IMG/VR virus record: IMGVR_UViG_2029527006_000005
From: a virus
Taxonomy: Duplodnaviria > Heunggongvirae > Uroviricota > Caudoviricetes
Strand: one strand, 5' to 3'
DNA: 64,000 bases
Both the position numbers and the translations under genes were made by a program. Positions 46,491 through 56,230 of the stretch are shown here, piece after piece (position 1 is the first letter of the stretch; every line of letters begins with the position of its first letter). A model generated the notes under the pieces. It was not told the DNA's origin and ran no database searches. It worked only from the letters and a program-made list of their open reading frames with translations.

Positions 46491-47627
46491 TTAATCTTTT
46501 TTCGTTGCCATGTTACGAATGATTGTAACAGTGTCATCGTCTAACTTAGAGTTAACGCTGTCTTGGATACGAATTACGAGAAGTGGTAGCAATACGTTCT
46601 GGATTTCGTTGAAACGTTCCATATCCATATTGAATTTCTTCTCTGCACTCATCATTGATACGCTAGTTAGATTAGCAGTTAATGACATTTTCATCAAGCG
46701 TTCTTGACGAACATCAAACTCATATGCGTCTTCAATGGTAGCAACGGCAAATTTGCAGCCTAGAACAGCCTGAGCCAAGTCTTCTTTGATCTCCGCAGCG
46801 ATGGCTTGGATTTCATCAAAGTTCGTCTGGAGTCCACTGAAGCGGCGTGAATCGATACGCACTGCTTCAGTTAGACGTGCAATCACGGAATCCATGTTTG
46901 CCTTGTCAACTTTAAAATCAGTATTACCAAAAACTTTTTGGAAGAAGCCCGGATTAACAGGGAAAATATCTTCCAGTACTGAACCAATGTTATTCATAAC
47001 ACTGTGCAAGTACTCACTATGTGAACTGATAGCTGATGCCATTTTAATCTGGCGTTCAGTCATACCACGCATTTTAACAGTTACTTCGTGGTTGGCAATC
47101 TGGAAGTTATCAACCCAATCAAGTACTACCATTGGTTTTGCAACTTCATCACCACCTTTGAACATCATTTCAACTGAAAGAATGCGGTTATCATCTTCAG
47201 TTACCGGAACACGAACCAATTCTGGCGGCGGTGGTACTTCGATGAGCATAGGAGTTTCAGTACTAACAACTGCCATGCGTTTCTTACCTTCTAAGTACTC
47301 CTGATACTCTTTCTGGAGTGGTGGTACTGGAAGGTTCTTAATACGACGATCATCGCTACCAGTTGCGAAGCCGATTTCATCAATCATGACTTCGAGCATA
47401 CGGAGGCGTGTATTGTCAAAGTAAATGTCGTTCAAATCCAGTACACGAACATCAAAGATTGGTTCGCCAGTAGGATCGTATGTACGACTTACGATAACGG
47501 TGTAGCAGTACTTGCGGTTTGCAGAACGATCATATTCTTTTAGAAAGGCGTTCCGCACGTACTTGTAATCAAATTCTGCAATTTCGATTTCTTTTCTGTT
47601 TTCAATAAAGAAGTATTTGCCTTTCAT
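46491..47627 (-). CDS. hypothetical protein (378 aa) downstream of the TelA-like gene
   Basis: long ORF; proline-rich stretch IEVPPPPELVRVP. Confidence 0.55.
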   Translation of the reverse strand: MKGKYFFIENRKEIEIAEFDYKYVRNAFLKEYDRSANRKYCYTVIVSRTYDPTGEPIFDVRVLDLNDIYFDNTRLRMLEVMIDEIGFATGSDDRRIKNLPVPPLQKEYQEYLEGKKRMAVVSTETPMLIEVPPPPELVRVPVTEDDNRILSVEMMFKGGDEVAKPMVVLDWVDNFQIANHEVTVKMRGMTERQIKMASAISSHSEYLHSVMNNIGSVLEDIFPVNPGFFQKVFGNTDFKVDKANMDSVIARLTEAVRIDSRRFSGLQTNFDEIQAIAAEIKEDLAQAVLGCKFAVATIEDAYEFDVRQERLMKMSLTANLTSVSMMSAEKKFNMDMERFNEIQNVLLPLLVIRIQDSVNSKLDDDTVTIIRNMATKKD

Positions 47628-47640
47628 TTGGGTTCCTTTA

Positions 47641-47669
47641 GCAATTAATAAGGGAGCGGGTTGCTCCCT
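47641..47669 (-). terminator. putative terminator hairpin
   Basis: AGGGAGC-GGGTT-GCTCCCT; only a weak U-tract on the minus strand. Confidence 0.35.
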
Positions 47670-47712
47670 TGATGACAGTGATTATACTATTTCAGTACTT
47701 TGGTGTCAAATA

Positions 47713-48129
47713 TTATTTGTAGAGTTTTTTACGTTCTGCACCACGTGCTTTACGGCGTTCTACAAATTTAGCTGCTTCTTTTTCCCGGCGAGCTTTAGCA
47801 CGTGCTTCAGCTTCTACTTCAGCTTTTTCTAGAGCGACGATTTTAGCCGCTTCAGCTAGGGTTGCTGCTACATCAAACTTAGACGCTAGACCGTGGATGA
47901 TTGTAGTTAGACCTGCGAAATTGTAATCTTCGTCACCGTAGTGAACGACTGCAAATTTTAGATCGTGCATCGGCACTTTGTGTTTGGACTTAGTTTTCAC
48001 ATCGTGATTGTCGGAGACAGTTTTGTAAACAATTTCAACACCCTGTTCCACGGTAATAGAAGCAGCGATTACGCCAGTTGCAGTGAAATGATGACCGTGA
48101 GTGTAGAAGAATTCAATTTTAGTGCTCAT
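47713..48129 (-). CDS. hypothetical protein with basic Ala/Lys/Arg-rich C-terminus (138 aa)
   Basis: ORF track. Confidence 0.5.
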   Translation of the reverse strand: MSTKIEFFYTHGHHFTATGVIAASITVEQGVEIVYKTVSDNHDVKTKSKHKVPMHDLKFAVVHYGDEDYNFAGLTTIIHGLASKFDVAATLAEAAKIVALEKAEVEAEARAKARREKEAAKFVERRKARGAERKKLYK

Positions 48130-48205
48130 AGGTATATCCTCTTTTTGATGAATTTTTTAAACGTGTGTACTGCAATAAAGTGAGACTAGTATATCTCGTC
48201 CAGAT

Positions 48206-48263
48206 GGGGTTGTCAACCCCTAAAAACAAAAAGAGCGTAATATTTCTTTACGCTCTTTTTTTG
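48206..48263. terminator. double-hairpin bidirectional terminator
   Basis: GGGGTTGTCAACCCC plus AGAGCGTAA-N8-TTACGCTCT followed by T8; the second hairpin contains the stop of 48248..49045. Confidence 0.6.
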
Positions 48264-49045
48264 TTCCACACAAATGTTTTGATTGGCTCAAATCTTTCTG
48301 GTAAGACGGGCAAATCGTACATAGTGGCATTTCTAAATTTTACAATATATGACTTCTGAAGTACTACGATAGCTTTTTTCATCGCTGCGTTAGCACGTTC
48401 TTTCCAGAAGTACTGGTACGGTTCCGGGCATCCGATGTGTTCAAGTTTGAACATACCTAATGCAACCTGCATCAAGCGTTGTGGAGCCTCTACTCTACCA
48501 TCAGCCAACATAGCACCATGTTGCTGTGCAGTCCATCCGGGAATACCCGGTAAGGAACAAAACAAATCGAAGTCCTTAATGGTCTGGAAATGTTTAGAGT
48601 TCTTTATCTGGTTGTGTATTACCGCTTCCTTCACTGTCTTGTACAAAGAGAAATCTAAGTACACTGCGTCGTTTCGAAATAGTTTATCTAACTCTGCATA
48701 AGTCTCTGGTACTGGTAACTCTGGCATATATGTTCCGAAAACTTCTATACAGAAGATTTTCCATAATCCCTTAGTGAACTCTACTTCTTTATCGTAGTCT
48801 TCTTGTTCAAAAAAGAATTTGTTTCTGAGGTTCTTTTCATTTATGTATACCTTACGTGCTAAGTATGACTTGAGTACTAACTCAGTTCCTACATCAACAC
48901 GTCTGATATCATCATAACCTCTACCTATGCGGTTTATTTCATAAGTCCTAACGTACAAACGTTTACTTAGACCTACTCTGCCAGATTTTTGATTACTGCA
49001 TTTTGTTGTTTCATGTAATGCTATTAAATTTGTTAGTACTCTCAT
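48248..49045 (-). CDS. hypothetical protein (265 aa)
   Basis: ORF track. Confidence 0.55.
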   Translation of the reverse strand: MRVLTNLIALHETTKCSNQKSGRVGLSKRLYVRTYEINRIGRGYDDIRRVDVGTELVLKSYLARKVYINEKNLRNKFFFEQEDYDKEVEFTKGLWKIFCIEVFGTYMPELPVPETYAELDKLFRNDAVYLDFSLYKTVKEAVIHNQIKNSKHFQTIKDFDLFCSLPGIPGWTAQQHGAMLADGRVEAPQRLMQVALGMFKLEHIGCPEPYQYFWKERANAAMKKAIVVLQKSYIVKFRNATMYDLPVLPERFEPIKTFVWNKKRA

Positions 49046-49725
49046 TAGCGAAGTACGAAGTATTGACCTTCACGGTTGCCTACAATGTACTGCTTACCAG
49101 AACGGAGCACATCAAATCCTTCACCTAGTATACTACTCAATCTTGTATTGTCAAGCTGAGTTTTATCATTGAGAAGACCCTTGACAAAAGATTCGGATAC
49201 AATACCACTTCCAAGCTGGAAGTGCAATGGACCGTACATTGTATTGAGTCGAATAGTCTCTTCTAGAATATCAACACTTACGCCAGCAGGATCAAAGAAC
49301 TCTGTGATTCTATCTGGTTGTACTAATTCCATCTTTTGAGTGATAATATCAAAATCAACATCAATTGGATCGTTCACTCCGTACAACTGAATTTTCCAAC
49401 CCGGATTAGGGCAGATGTTCTCAATTGTTTTGAGTAATAGTAGTAGTTTTTGTGGGAATTCACCATCACGTTCAAACTCAGAGAATACAATGTATCGACC
49501 GTCTACGTTAGGTGTTTCGCTAGCTTCTGTGTCAATTACACCTACTGGTGATTTCTCAATAAATGAGCTTAAGTCATACGCTGCGTCAAAGTTATCTAGT
49601 ACTTGAAACGCAACGACAACGTTGTTTTCTCCAATCTTAGAAGTGTATTCATCTACACTGAAAATTGGGTGAATTAAATCTTTTAGCATAGCAGGACGTA
49701 ATGCACGTTCATTTAGTTTTTTCAT
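49045..49725 (-). CDS. hypothetical protein (226 aa); a sliding-clamp (gp45-like) identity is possible but unsupported
   Basis: size and N-terminus MKKLNERALRPAMLKDL loosely recall T4 gp45 (MKLSKDTTALLKNF); nothing beyond that. Confidence 0.5.
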   Translation of the reverse strand: MKKLNERALRPAMLKDLIHPIFSVDEYTSKIGENNVVVAFQVLDNFDAAYDLSSFIEKSPVGVIDTEASETPNVDGRYIVFSEFERDGEFPQKLLLLLKTIENICPNPGWKIQLYGVNDPIDVDFDIITQKMELVQPDRITEFFDPAGVSVDILEETIRLNTMYGPLHFQLGSGIVSESFVKGLLNDKTQLDNTRLSSILGEGFDVLRSGKQYIVGNREGQYFVLR

Positions 49726-50297
49726 TACATACCTCCCATTGGGTTGTTATTACCTTGACCGAATTCGTCATCCATCTCTTGGACTTCTTCTTCGTTTTCC
49801 ATGCTCATATCTGGCTCTGGTTGTTCTTCATCTTCCATCTCTGCGTTCTTATTAAAAGTACTAGCAATTAGTTTGTACTCATCGAAACTTTCTGGGTTTA
49901 CAATGCGACGTGGAATTTGGAATTTGTAGAGGATAATTGGAATGCGTTCGTCTTTAGGTAAAGAGACTGAACCACTTTGAGTGCCTACTGCTTCCATATC
50001 ATTACGGCTACGTGGGAAAGCAATTGGAGTATTCTCGAAATCTCGCTTAATATAAACTTTAGTTCCCTGCTGTTCTAGTACCTTAGTTCCCATAGGATCT
50101 GGGAAAGTATCATGGTCGTACTTAAAAGTAACTTCCACCCAATACTTACTAACGATTGGTCCCTCTACTAGCTCACCGTAAATCCAGTTCTTGTAAGCAA
50201 ACAAGTCCATATCGTCGAAGTACTTCTCTACCCCTAAAAGGATATCTAGAAGTCCATCTTGATCGTACAAGTTTTGAATAGCTGAATTTTCTTCCAT
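49725..50297 (-). CDS. hypothetical protein with highly acidic C-terminal tail (190 aa)
   Basis: EMEDEEQPEPDMSMENEEEVQEMDDEF. Confidence 0.5.
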   Translation of the reverse strand: MEENSAIQNLYDQDGLLDILLGVEKYFDDMDLFAYKNWIYGELVEGPIVSKYWVEVTFKYDHDTFPDPMGTKVLEQQGTKVYIKRDFENTPIAFPRSRNDMEAVGTQSGSVSLPKDERIPIILYKFQIPRRIVNPESFDEYKLIASTFNKNAEMEDEEQPEPDMSMENEEEVQEMDDEFGQGNNNPMGGM

Positions 50298-50340
50298 GTT
50301 ATGTTCCTTTAATGTTACATAATTATATTCTTATTTACTG

Positions 50341-50375
50341 AATTTCAAAACAACAAAAGGGGATTACTCCCCTTT
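50341..50375 (-). terminator. putative terminator hairpin overlapping the gene stop
   Basis: AAAGGGGA-TTACT-CCCCTTT followed by TGTTGTTTTG on the minus strand. Confidence 0.4.
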
Positions 50376-50984
50376 AGACATTTCAGTAACTACACTGTGT
50401 ACAATTCCAGCCCAATTATCCACAAATTTGAAATCAGTACGTACCTTGTACTTCTCATTGTGTGGGCGTTTCAACATAATACCGGGAATACCCAATACCA
50501 ATGCAGTTTCGATATTCATAATGTAATCGTCTACTAAACAAACTACATCATACTGTGCTTGAAGCTGTGAAAGTACACCACGTTTAGATTCATACATTTC
50601 TACAATGTGAATCTCATCAAATACATTAGGGAATACGTTATGAATATTCACCTTCCGAAGTACTTCACCATGACCAAATGTTCCTGACTTAGTTAGTACT
50701 GCAAATACTGCATCCGGGTATGTATGACGCAATGCACATAGTAAAGACTGTGCACCTTCCAGTGGTTTTAGTAGACCAAATTCAAATGAAGTTTGGTTAA
50801 ATTGTTTGATTACTTCTTGTACTTGGACTGAACTTAGTCCCAACCATTTTTCCAACCCATATTCATGTGGGTATTCAGTTTCAGTTACAATATCAAATTT
50901 ATCTTTAACGTACTCACGTAGACCACCTAAGTGGTCTAGTAGGATTTCATCGCAGTCAAATACAATTACTTTCTTTTTTGTCAT
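50364..50984 (-). CDS. HAD-superfamily phosphatase / 5'(3')-deoxyribonucleotidase-like
   Basis: motif I VIVFDCDEIL (DxDx[TV]); about 200 aa. Confidence 0.5.
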   Translation of the reverse strand: MTKKKVIVFDCDEILLDHLGGLREYVKDKFDIVTETEYPHEYGLEKWLGLSSVQVQEVIKQFNQTSFEFGLLKPLEGAQSLLCALRHTYPDAVFAVLTKSGTFGHGEVLRKVNIHNVFPNVFDEIHIVEMYESKRGVLSQLQAQYDVVCLVDDYIMNIETALVLGIPGIMLKRPHNEKYKVRTDFKFVDNWAGIVHSVVTEMSKGE

Positions 50985-51940
50985 TACCAGTTTCCTGTGC
51001 AGATTAGATCAATTTCACATAGCAATGCACTTAGGTTCAATTCGCGGTCCGATACAGACGCTTGCTTGACCATTGCATCACGGATTTTAACGATAATCTT
51101 CATACGAGTGATTTCGTCATCAGAGAACAATTTAGCATTCTGGGAGAGGTATGTAAAGAACCCATCCATTTCATCTTCTGGGATGTTCTGGACGATGAGT
51201 TCACGCATCTCACGAATACTGCCGTTCTTTAGTGCATCAATAATAAGGGAACGATAGTTAGCTGTGCTATCCACGCTATCCTCAAGTTTTAGTAGCTTAC
51301 CATCAACGATGCTGCTTTGCAAGGTGTTTAGTGTTTTACGGAAATCAGGATAGGTTGCATTGATGTATTTGTCAACTAAAGCTAGTGATTCTTCAGTACT
51401 CAAATCTACTTCTTCAGCTAGTAGGACGTTAATAATACGGGTCATGTATTCTTCACGGTCATGCTTTTCGATAGTGATGTTTTGTACACGAGATAGAATA
51501 GGTTTTAGAATCTTGTGTGGTTCGTTAGAAGTTAGAATGAAACGTGCGTTATCCGCATAGTCTTCCATTGTACGCTTTAATGATGCTTGTGCCTTTTGGT
51601 TCATTTGTTCCATTTCTTCTAGAACAAAGATACGGTACTTACCACTTGGTGTTAGACGTGCAGATGGTTCGATTTTATCACGAACTGCATCAATACCTTC
51701 ATCTGACATGTTAAGGATCATAACATCAAAACGGTCGATAATACCATTGGCTTCTAGTCCGTTAATTAGAACGTTAATTGCGGAAGTCTTACCAGTACCT
51801 GCTGGACCGAAGAAACCAATGTGTGGAATATCACCAGTACGAACCCACTCTTCCATCTTTGCTTGGAAAGCTGGGTTTTTGAATACGTAGTTTTCCATAT
51901 CTTGTGGGCGATACTTTTCTGTCCATAGTGCATTACTCAT
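50984..51940 (-). CDS. gp44: clamp-loader ATPase subunit (T4 gp44-like, AAA+ RFC family)
   Basis: WTEKYRPQ, Walker A GPAGTGKTS, SRC-like SRV motif, arginine finger region; 318 aa. Confidence 0.85.
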   Translation of the reverse strand: MSNALWTEKYRPQDMENYVFKNPAFQAKMEEWVRTGDIPHIGFFGPAGTGKTSAINVLINGLEANGIIDRFDVMILNMSDEGIDAVRDKIEPSARLTPSGKYRIFVLEEMEQMNQKAQASLKRTMEDYADNARFILTSNEPHKILKPILSRVQNITIEKHDREEYMTRIINVLLAEEVDLSTEESLALVDKYINATYPDFRKTLNTLQSSIVDGKLLKLEDSVDSTANYRSLIIDALKNGSIREMRELIVQNIPEDEMDGFFTYLSQNAKLFSDDEITRMKIIVKIRDAMVKQASVSDRELNLSALLCEIDLICTGNW

Positions 51941-51949
51941 AAATTACTC

Positions 51950-52225
51950 CTAAATTGTCCAATCTTCATTTGGGTATAACATTGCTTGAAATAGATCACC
52001 ATTCATTTCTAGTTGACTCAATAGAAAGTCAAAGCTATTAGAACGGTTGGGTAGTTCACTACCACGTGCTTTATCTTGTGCCATTTTTACAAAGAGAACT
52101 CTGAACTGATCATGATTTACTTCGTAAACTAATTTTCTGTTCCTAGGATGTTCGAATACGAATCGTCCCGTTTTGGATTCTAATTGTACTAAATTAAAAT
52201 CTACTTTACCGTCTTCTGTTATCAT
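51950..52225 (-). CDS. hypothetical protein (91 aa)
   Basis: ORF track. Confidence 0.45.
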   Translation of the reverse strand: MITEDGKVDFNLVQLESKTGRFVFEHPRNRKLVYEVNHDQFRVLFVKMAQDKARGSELPNRSNSFDFLLSQLEMNGDLFQAMLYPNEDWTI

Positions 52226-52232
52226 TATGTAC

Positions 52233-52265
52233 CTTCAAAAATAATGCCCGAAACAATTCGGGCAT
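52233..52265 (-). terminator. rho-independent terminator
   Basis: hairpin ATGCCCGAA-TTGT-TTCGGGCAT followed by TATTTTTGA on the minus strand. Confidence 0.6.
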
Positions 52266-52269
52266 AAAC

Positions 52270-52596
52270 TTATTTTCCAAGTCCAATAAAACCTTTTGGA
52301 CGATCTGGTGATGCACATAGTACACCTTTTGGATAATCAACTAGATTCATCTGAATACCGTCAACGGTAATAGTACGTGACCATCGACCATGTTCAACTA
52401 AAATCCATTCACCTTCTTGAATATCTACAATACCTTCACCAACGCTATATACCTTAGCCCATCGACTATGGATACCACGTAGTTTACCATCATCATCTGA
52501 TAGTACAATACCACCAGCGGTTTTCTGTTCACCACTGTCTAAGTTAGTTACTAGTACTTTGCCTTTACACGCAGTAAGAACTTTTGACTCCATCAT
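52270..52596 (-). CDS. GroES/Cpn10-like co-chaperonin (functional analogue of T4 gp31)
   Basis: GKVLVTNLDSGEQKTAGGIVL ... KVYSVGEG ... has the GroES fold signature. Confidence 0.6.
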   Translation of the reverse strand: MMESKVLTACKGKVLVTNLDSGEQKTAGGIVLSDDDGKLRGIHSRWAKVYSVGEGIVDIQEGEWILVEHGRWSRTITVDGIQMNLVDYPKGVLCASPDRPKGFIGLGK

Positions 52597-52601
52597 ATGT
52601 C

Positions 52602-52994
52602 TTACTCCCCGTCTTTAGACGCACGTACACGGCGTGGGGCAGCTTTCTCTTTAACTTCAGGCTGAGGTACTACTTCTTGTGCAGGAGCCTCAGAACGAGC
52701 TACAGGCTCTTGTTCAGGCATTTCAAACATAGTGTCGTCAAAGCCGTCATCAACTTTAGCGGTCTGTACTTGTACAGAATGGCTTGTGTGCTCTGGAATG
52801 AAATCTGGGAGTTGCATTCTGCGTTCACGTTCTTCGAGAAGTTCTTCACGAGTTTTGATGATTGTACCACCTTGGCCGATTTTATCACCACGTGCGTTCA
52901 TGTTCGCATTGCCTAGTGCTGTATCGTGCTGGTTTTGATATTTCATCATTTCAATATCAATTGTCTGACCACGATAAGATGTGTGTTTTGCCAT
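52602..52994 (-). CDS. hypothetical protein (130 aa)
   Basis: ORF track. Confidence 0.5.
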   Translation of the reverse strand: MAKHTSYRGQTIDIEMMKYQNQHDTALGNANMNARGDKIGQGGTIIKTREELLEERERRMQLPDFIPEHTSHSVQVQTAKVDDGFDDTMFEMPEQEPVARSEAPAQEVVPQPEVKEKAAPRRVRASKDGE

Positions 52995-53021
52995 AGCATA
53001 TATCCTTATATTAACACGTTA

Positions 53022-53540
53022 TTACCATTTTAAGAACTCGTTTACATCTAGCTCATATTTAAGACTGTCAACTAAATGTAGTCCGAGCAAGTACAAACAA
53101 TAGCTACTCACTGAACTACCACGACCTAAGCCCCAGAAGATTTTATTCTCTTCAAGGTAGTCTACTAACCATATCATACAACGTAGTAGTTTGTTCATAT
53201 TATAGCTCTCGTATAAAGCGAGTTCTTCCAGTACTCTAGCCTTTTGTGCATCAGTTTCGCACAACCCTAGAAAGTACTCTTCTAAGTTCAAATTATCATA
53301 AGCTGGATCGTACTTCCATAGCTCATGGTTTTTATCGTGCTCAATAGTATAATCGAGCATTCGATATTCTAATCCAAATTTCTTACAGTTATCGTTGAAC
53401 TTTTCACGTTCGAATTCATCCATCTCCATTAATTTGAGATATTGCAAATCCGCACCGCAATTCATAGCGTATACTACTGCATTAAGATTGCAGTGTACTT
53501 CACCATCCTGATTTATATATCTGTTTCCTTGGACCTTCAT
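53022..53540 (-). CDS. DNA polymerase III alpha (DnaE)-like fragment protein
   Basis: LRCMIWLVDYLEENKIFWGLGRGSSVSSYCLYLLGLHLVDSLKYELDVNEFL aligns with E. coli DnaE [52 protein letters not shown]; the ORF ends just before the catalytic PDFDxDF motif. Confidence 0.55.
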   Translation of the reverse strand: MKVQGNRYINQDGEVHCNLNAVVYAMNCGADLQYLKLMEMDEFEREKFNDNCKKFGLEYRMLDYTIEHDKNHELWKYDPAYDNLNLEEYFLGLCETDAQKARVLEELALYESYNMNKLLRCMIWLVDYLEENKIFWGLGRGSSVSSYCLYLLGLHLVDSLKYELDVNEFLKW

Positions 53541-53808
53541 GTTTCTTCTTGTCTTCCTCTTCTTTATTCAAATAAGATTCAGTATCAAATACGCAACTAT
53601 CTTCATCTTCAAGTTTTTCAATTTCTTTACGAGAAGAACGTGTGAGACTTTCTTCATCACACGCTTCAATGATTAAGTACATACGAGTGAGCATGTCATG
53701 TGACATACCCGCTGCACGTGCTTGAGATATTTTAGTACTCATATCGAAAATCTTTTGTTGAAGTTCTTTATCTGTCATGCCAGATGGATCAAAAAATGGA
53801 TCAAACAT
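53500..53808 (-). CDS. hypothetical acidic protein (102 aa)
   Basis: ORF track; 41-nt overlap with the DnaE-like ORF in another frame. Confidence 0.4.
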   Translation of the reverse strand: MFDPFFDPSGMTDKELQQKIFDMSTKISQARAAGMSHDMLTRMYLIIEACDEESLTRSSRKEIEKLEDEDSCVFDTESYLNKEEEDKKKHEGPRKQIYKSGW

Positions 53809-53819
53809 ATTATGTCTCC

Positions 53820-56201
53820 TTACTGTTTGCCAACTAATGGTATAATGAATTTGTCCTGCACATACAAGTCATAGTCTTGTGTGTGGAATGTAAATTCAAC
53901 ACCATGTACCTCGAATTCGGTATTTACTAAAGTACTATGCTCGTTAGTTTGAACTAGCTTAGTAAAGAATGATTCAGCTTGACCGGGATTGAAGTAAGCA
54001 ACTGGTAGGATTGGCATAAACTGTGGAGTTAAGCCATATTCTTCATATGGGTGATTCATAAAACGAGGAACTGTATCTGTCATTTCATCGGATAGACCGG
54101 GGATGGCAGGAACAACTAAACCGCGATTTCGAAAATCATCTGGATCAGTATAAAGGTTTGTCACATCTTCACCCACTTCTTTAAAAATGTTTTGGCGTAA
54201 ACCAAACACTTCTGAGAACATTTCATTGTCGGTCGCGGTATATGAATGTGGATTCATACTGACACTAACACGTGTTCCTGATGGATGCAACTCACGATAC
54301 AATAGATCATACACCACATTCCCAAGATTGTCAAGGGCTGATGTGATTTTATAATTACCCATTACTAGACTGAAAACACCATCCGGTACGGGAGCACCAT
54401 GTTCAGGGTCTATAATAACATTGGAGAGAATCTTTTTCAAGGGTTTTATTCCGGGGAACTGATAGTTCTGTGAAATGAAGTTCTCTTTCAATAGCATTCT
54501 AGGAAGCTGTTGAACACCATAACGATCATCACTTTCTCTGTAGTAAGTTTTATTCAAATAGAAGTTAGAGGTTGCAACACTAGCAAACCATGCACGTTCG
54601 AAATTCTTACTAGGTGCAATATGTGCAGTTTGATAGTTCTGTCCAAATCCACGAATTATAGTTATATTGAATCGTTTTGTAACAGTAGCACCACCTTTAT
54701 CATTGGCGATTACGTCAAACTCTAATTTAATATCATCATTTGCTGAAAAGTCTTGGCTTCTTGCATATGCAGTGCCAACCATATAACCATCAGCAGTTAA
54801 ATCCATATTGTACTTACGAATATCATCAGGAGATGATTCATAGTTAATCCGATAAGTTACTAATGTACCACTTGCTTTAATTTTAGGATATACAGTATGA
54901 CCAAAATACTCACCAACATGAATTCTACCTAAGTTTGCATCTGTTTCAAAATCAATACCACCGCCAGTACTGGCATTTATTAATGCACGGAACATTCTAG
55001 ATTTGTTTATAAGATTTGCACCTAGTGCTAAATCATATACACCTAAATCATTCCACATAGAAGGTTCAAAAATTGCATATTCATTACTATCAATGTATTC
55101 TGATTTTATCACATAAGGATAAACAATATTGTTTTTCAACTGATATAAGTGTCCGGGCTTTGCACCACCACGAATATAACTAATGTCATTAGGACACACC
55201 CACATTTGATATGCTTTGAACCGCTTCCCTACATAGAATGCATCTCTAGGTGAACTATAGAATGCAGTAATAGGAACAATCTTAACTTGGAAATAACCAT
55301 CAATTGGATCTGATTCGTATGTCATTGTTTGAAGAAGTTGACCGTTAGCATTAAAACGCATACCAGTACTTACTAAGTTACCCAAAGTATCCATTATGAC
55401 AATATCAGTTTCTTCAGTTATTGCAGTGGTTTTTGGAATTAAAATTGTACCGCTACCGGTAATATTATCAGTGGGTATTTGTCCTTTAGTAATACGTTCA
55501 ATTTGGTAACTAGGATAGAATACACGATCTGACCTGTCATCTGGGTATGTGAAATCTTTTGAGTCATCGTATTTTCGTACTTGACCAAAGGCATCAACAA
55601 ACAAACGACTGTCCGAACCAAAACCAACTGCACCAATTGTGTACTTTTCACCTCTAGCAATAATACTAGGCGTGACCCAAATTTCATTAGTATCGTTATA
55701 TACGATATCAACAGTAGAAGTAACAATATCTCCAGCAGCTTCTTGGTTGGAAATTTGACCGTCAGTGATTGTTACAACATCCATTGTGTTTAATGTAATA
55801 TGAACAGTTTCTGGCCCGTCCCAAACACCATCATCAATAGCTATTAATTTCATGTAATAAACATCTAGTACTGAATTATCATTTACTAGATTAAATTCTT
55901 TTTTGGTCATTTTTACTGTATGTTGACCGAACATAGTTTTAATACCAGTAGTTCCTTCGTGAATGTTCACTAAACTATTCTGATTTTCACCAACGTACAA
56001 TTCGAAATCACGTTCATCTAACGTTTCACCACTTCCAGTGAAAGTGTACGTTAGTTCTAAATGCTGATCGTCACCCAACTTGTATTGGAGGTTAGTACTA
56101 TCATCATTTTTTCTTAATTGAATGCGAACAAATAAGTGTCCACCTTCTGCGATCACTGTTGCGTCAGCTTTCAAGTCCCAACGTGGCTGGAAATTTGCCA
56201 T
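53820..56201 (-). CDS. large hypothetical protein (793 aa), candidate late/virion protein
   Basis: long ORF with beta-rich composition; T4-type late promoter TATAAATA about 30 nt upstream. Confidence 0.6.
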   Translation of the reverse strand: MANFQPRWDLKADATVIAEGGHLFVRIQLRKNDDSTNLQYKLGDDQHLELTYTFTGSGETLDERDFELYVGENQNSLVNIHEGTTGIKTMFGQHTVKMTKKEFNLVNDNSVLDVYYMKLIAIDDGVWDGPETVHITLNTMDVVTITDGQISNQEAAGDIVTSTVDIVYNDTNEIWVTPSIIARGEKYTIGAVGFGSDSRLFVDAFGQVRKYDDSKDFTYPDDRSDRVFYPSYQIERITKGQIPTDNITGSGTILIPKTTAITEETDIVIMDTLGNLVSTGMRFNANGQLLQTMTYESDPIDGYFQVKIVPITAFYSSPRDAFYVGKRFKAYQMWVCPNDISYIRGGAKPGHLYQLKNNIVYPYVIKSEYIDSNEYAIFEPSMWNDLGVYDLALGANLINKSRMFRALINASTGGGIDFETDANLGRIHVGEYFGHTVYPKIKASGTLVTYRINYESSPDDIRKYNMDLTADGYMVGTAYARSQDFSANDDIKLEFDVIANDKGGATVTKRFNITIIRGFGQNYQTAHIAPSKNFERAWFASVATSNFYLNKTYYRESDDRYGVQQLPRMLLKENFISQNYQFPGIKPLKKILSNVIIDPEHGAPVPDGVFSLVMGNYKITSALDNLGNVVYDLLYRELHPSGTRVSVSMNPHSYTATDNEMFSEVFGLRQNIFKEVGEDVTNLYTDPDDFRNRGLVVPAIPGLSDEMTDTVPRFMNHPYEEYGLTPQFMPILPVAYFNPGQAESFFTKLVQTNEHSTLVNTEFEVHGVEFTFHTQDYDLYVQDKFIIPLVGKQ

Positions 56202-56230
56202 ATTTAATTCTCCAAATATTTAAAAGCTAC

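Noticed and set aside
49725-50297. 190-aa ORF as clamp-loader small subunit gp62
   Set aside because: Only its size is similar to T4 gp62 (187 aa). No sequence resemblance could be seen and the gene order differs, so no call was made.
53820-56201. 793-aa protein as rIIA
   Set aside because: T4 rIIA is adjacent to the 39/60 genes, but this protein lacks the GHKL ATPase motifs expected of rIIA and has a late-promoter-like TATAAATA upstream. It is left as hypothetical.
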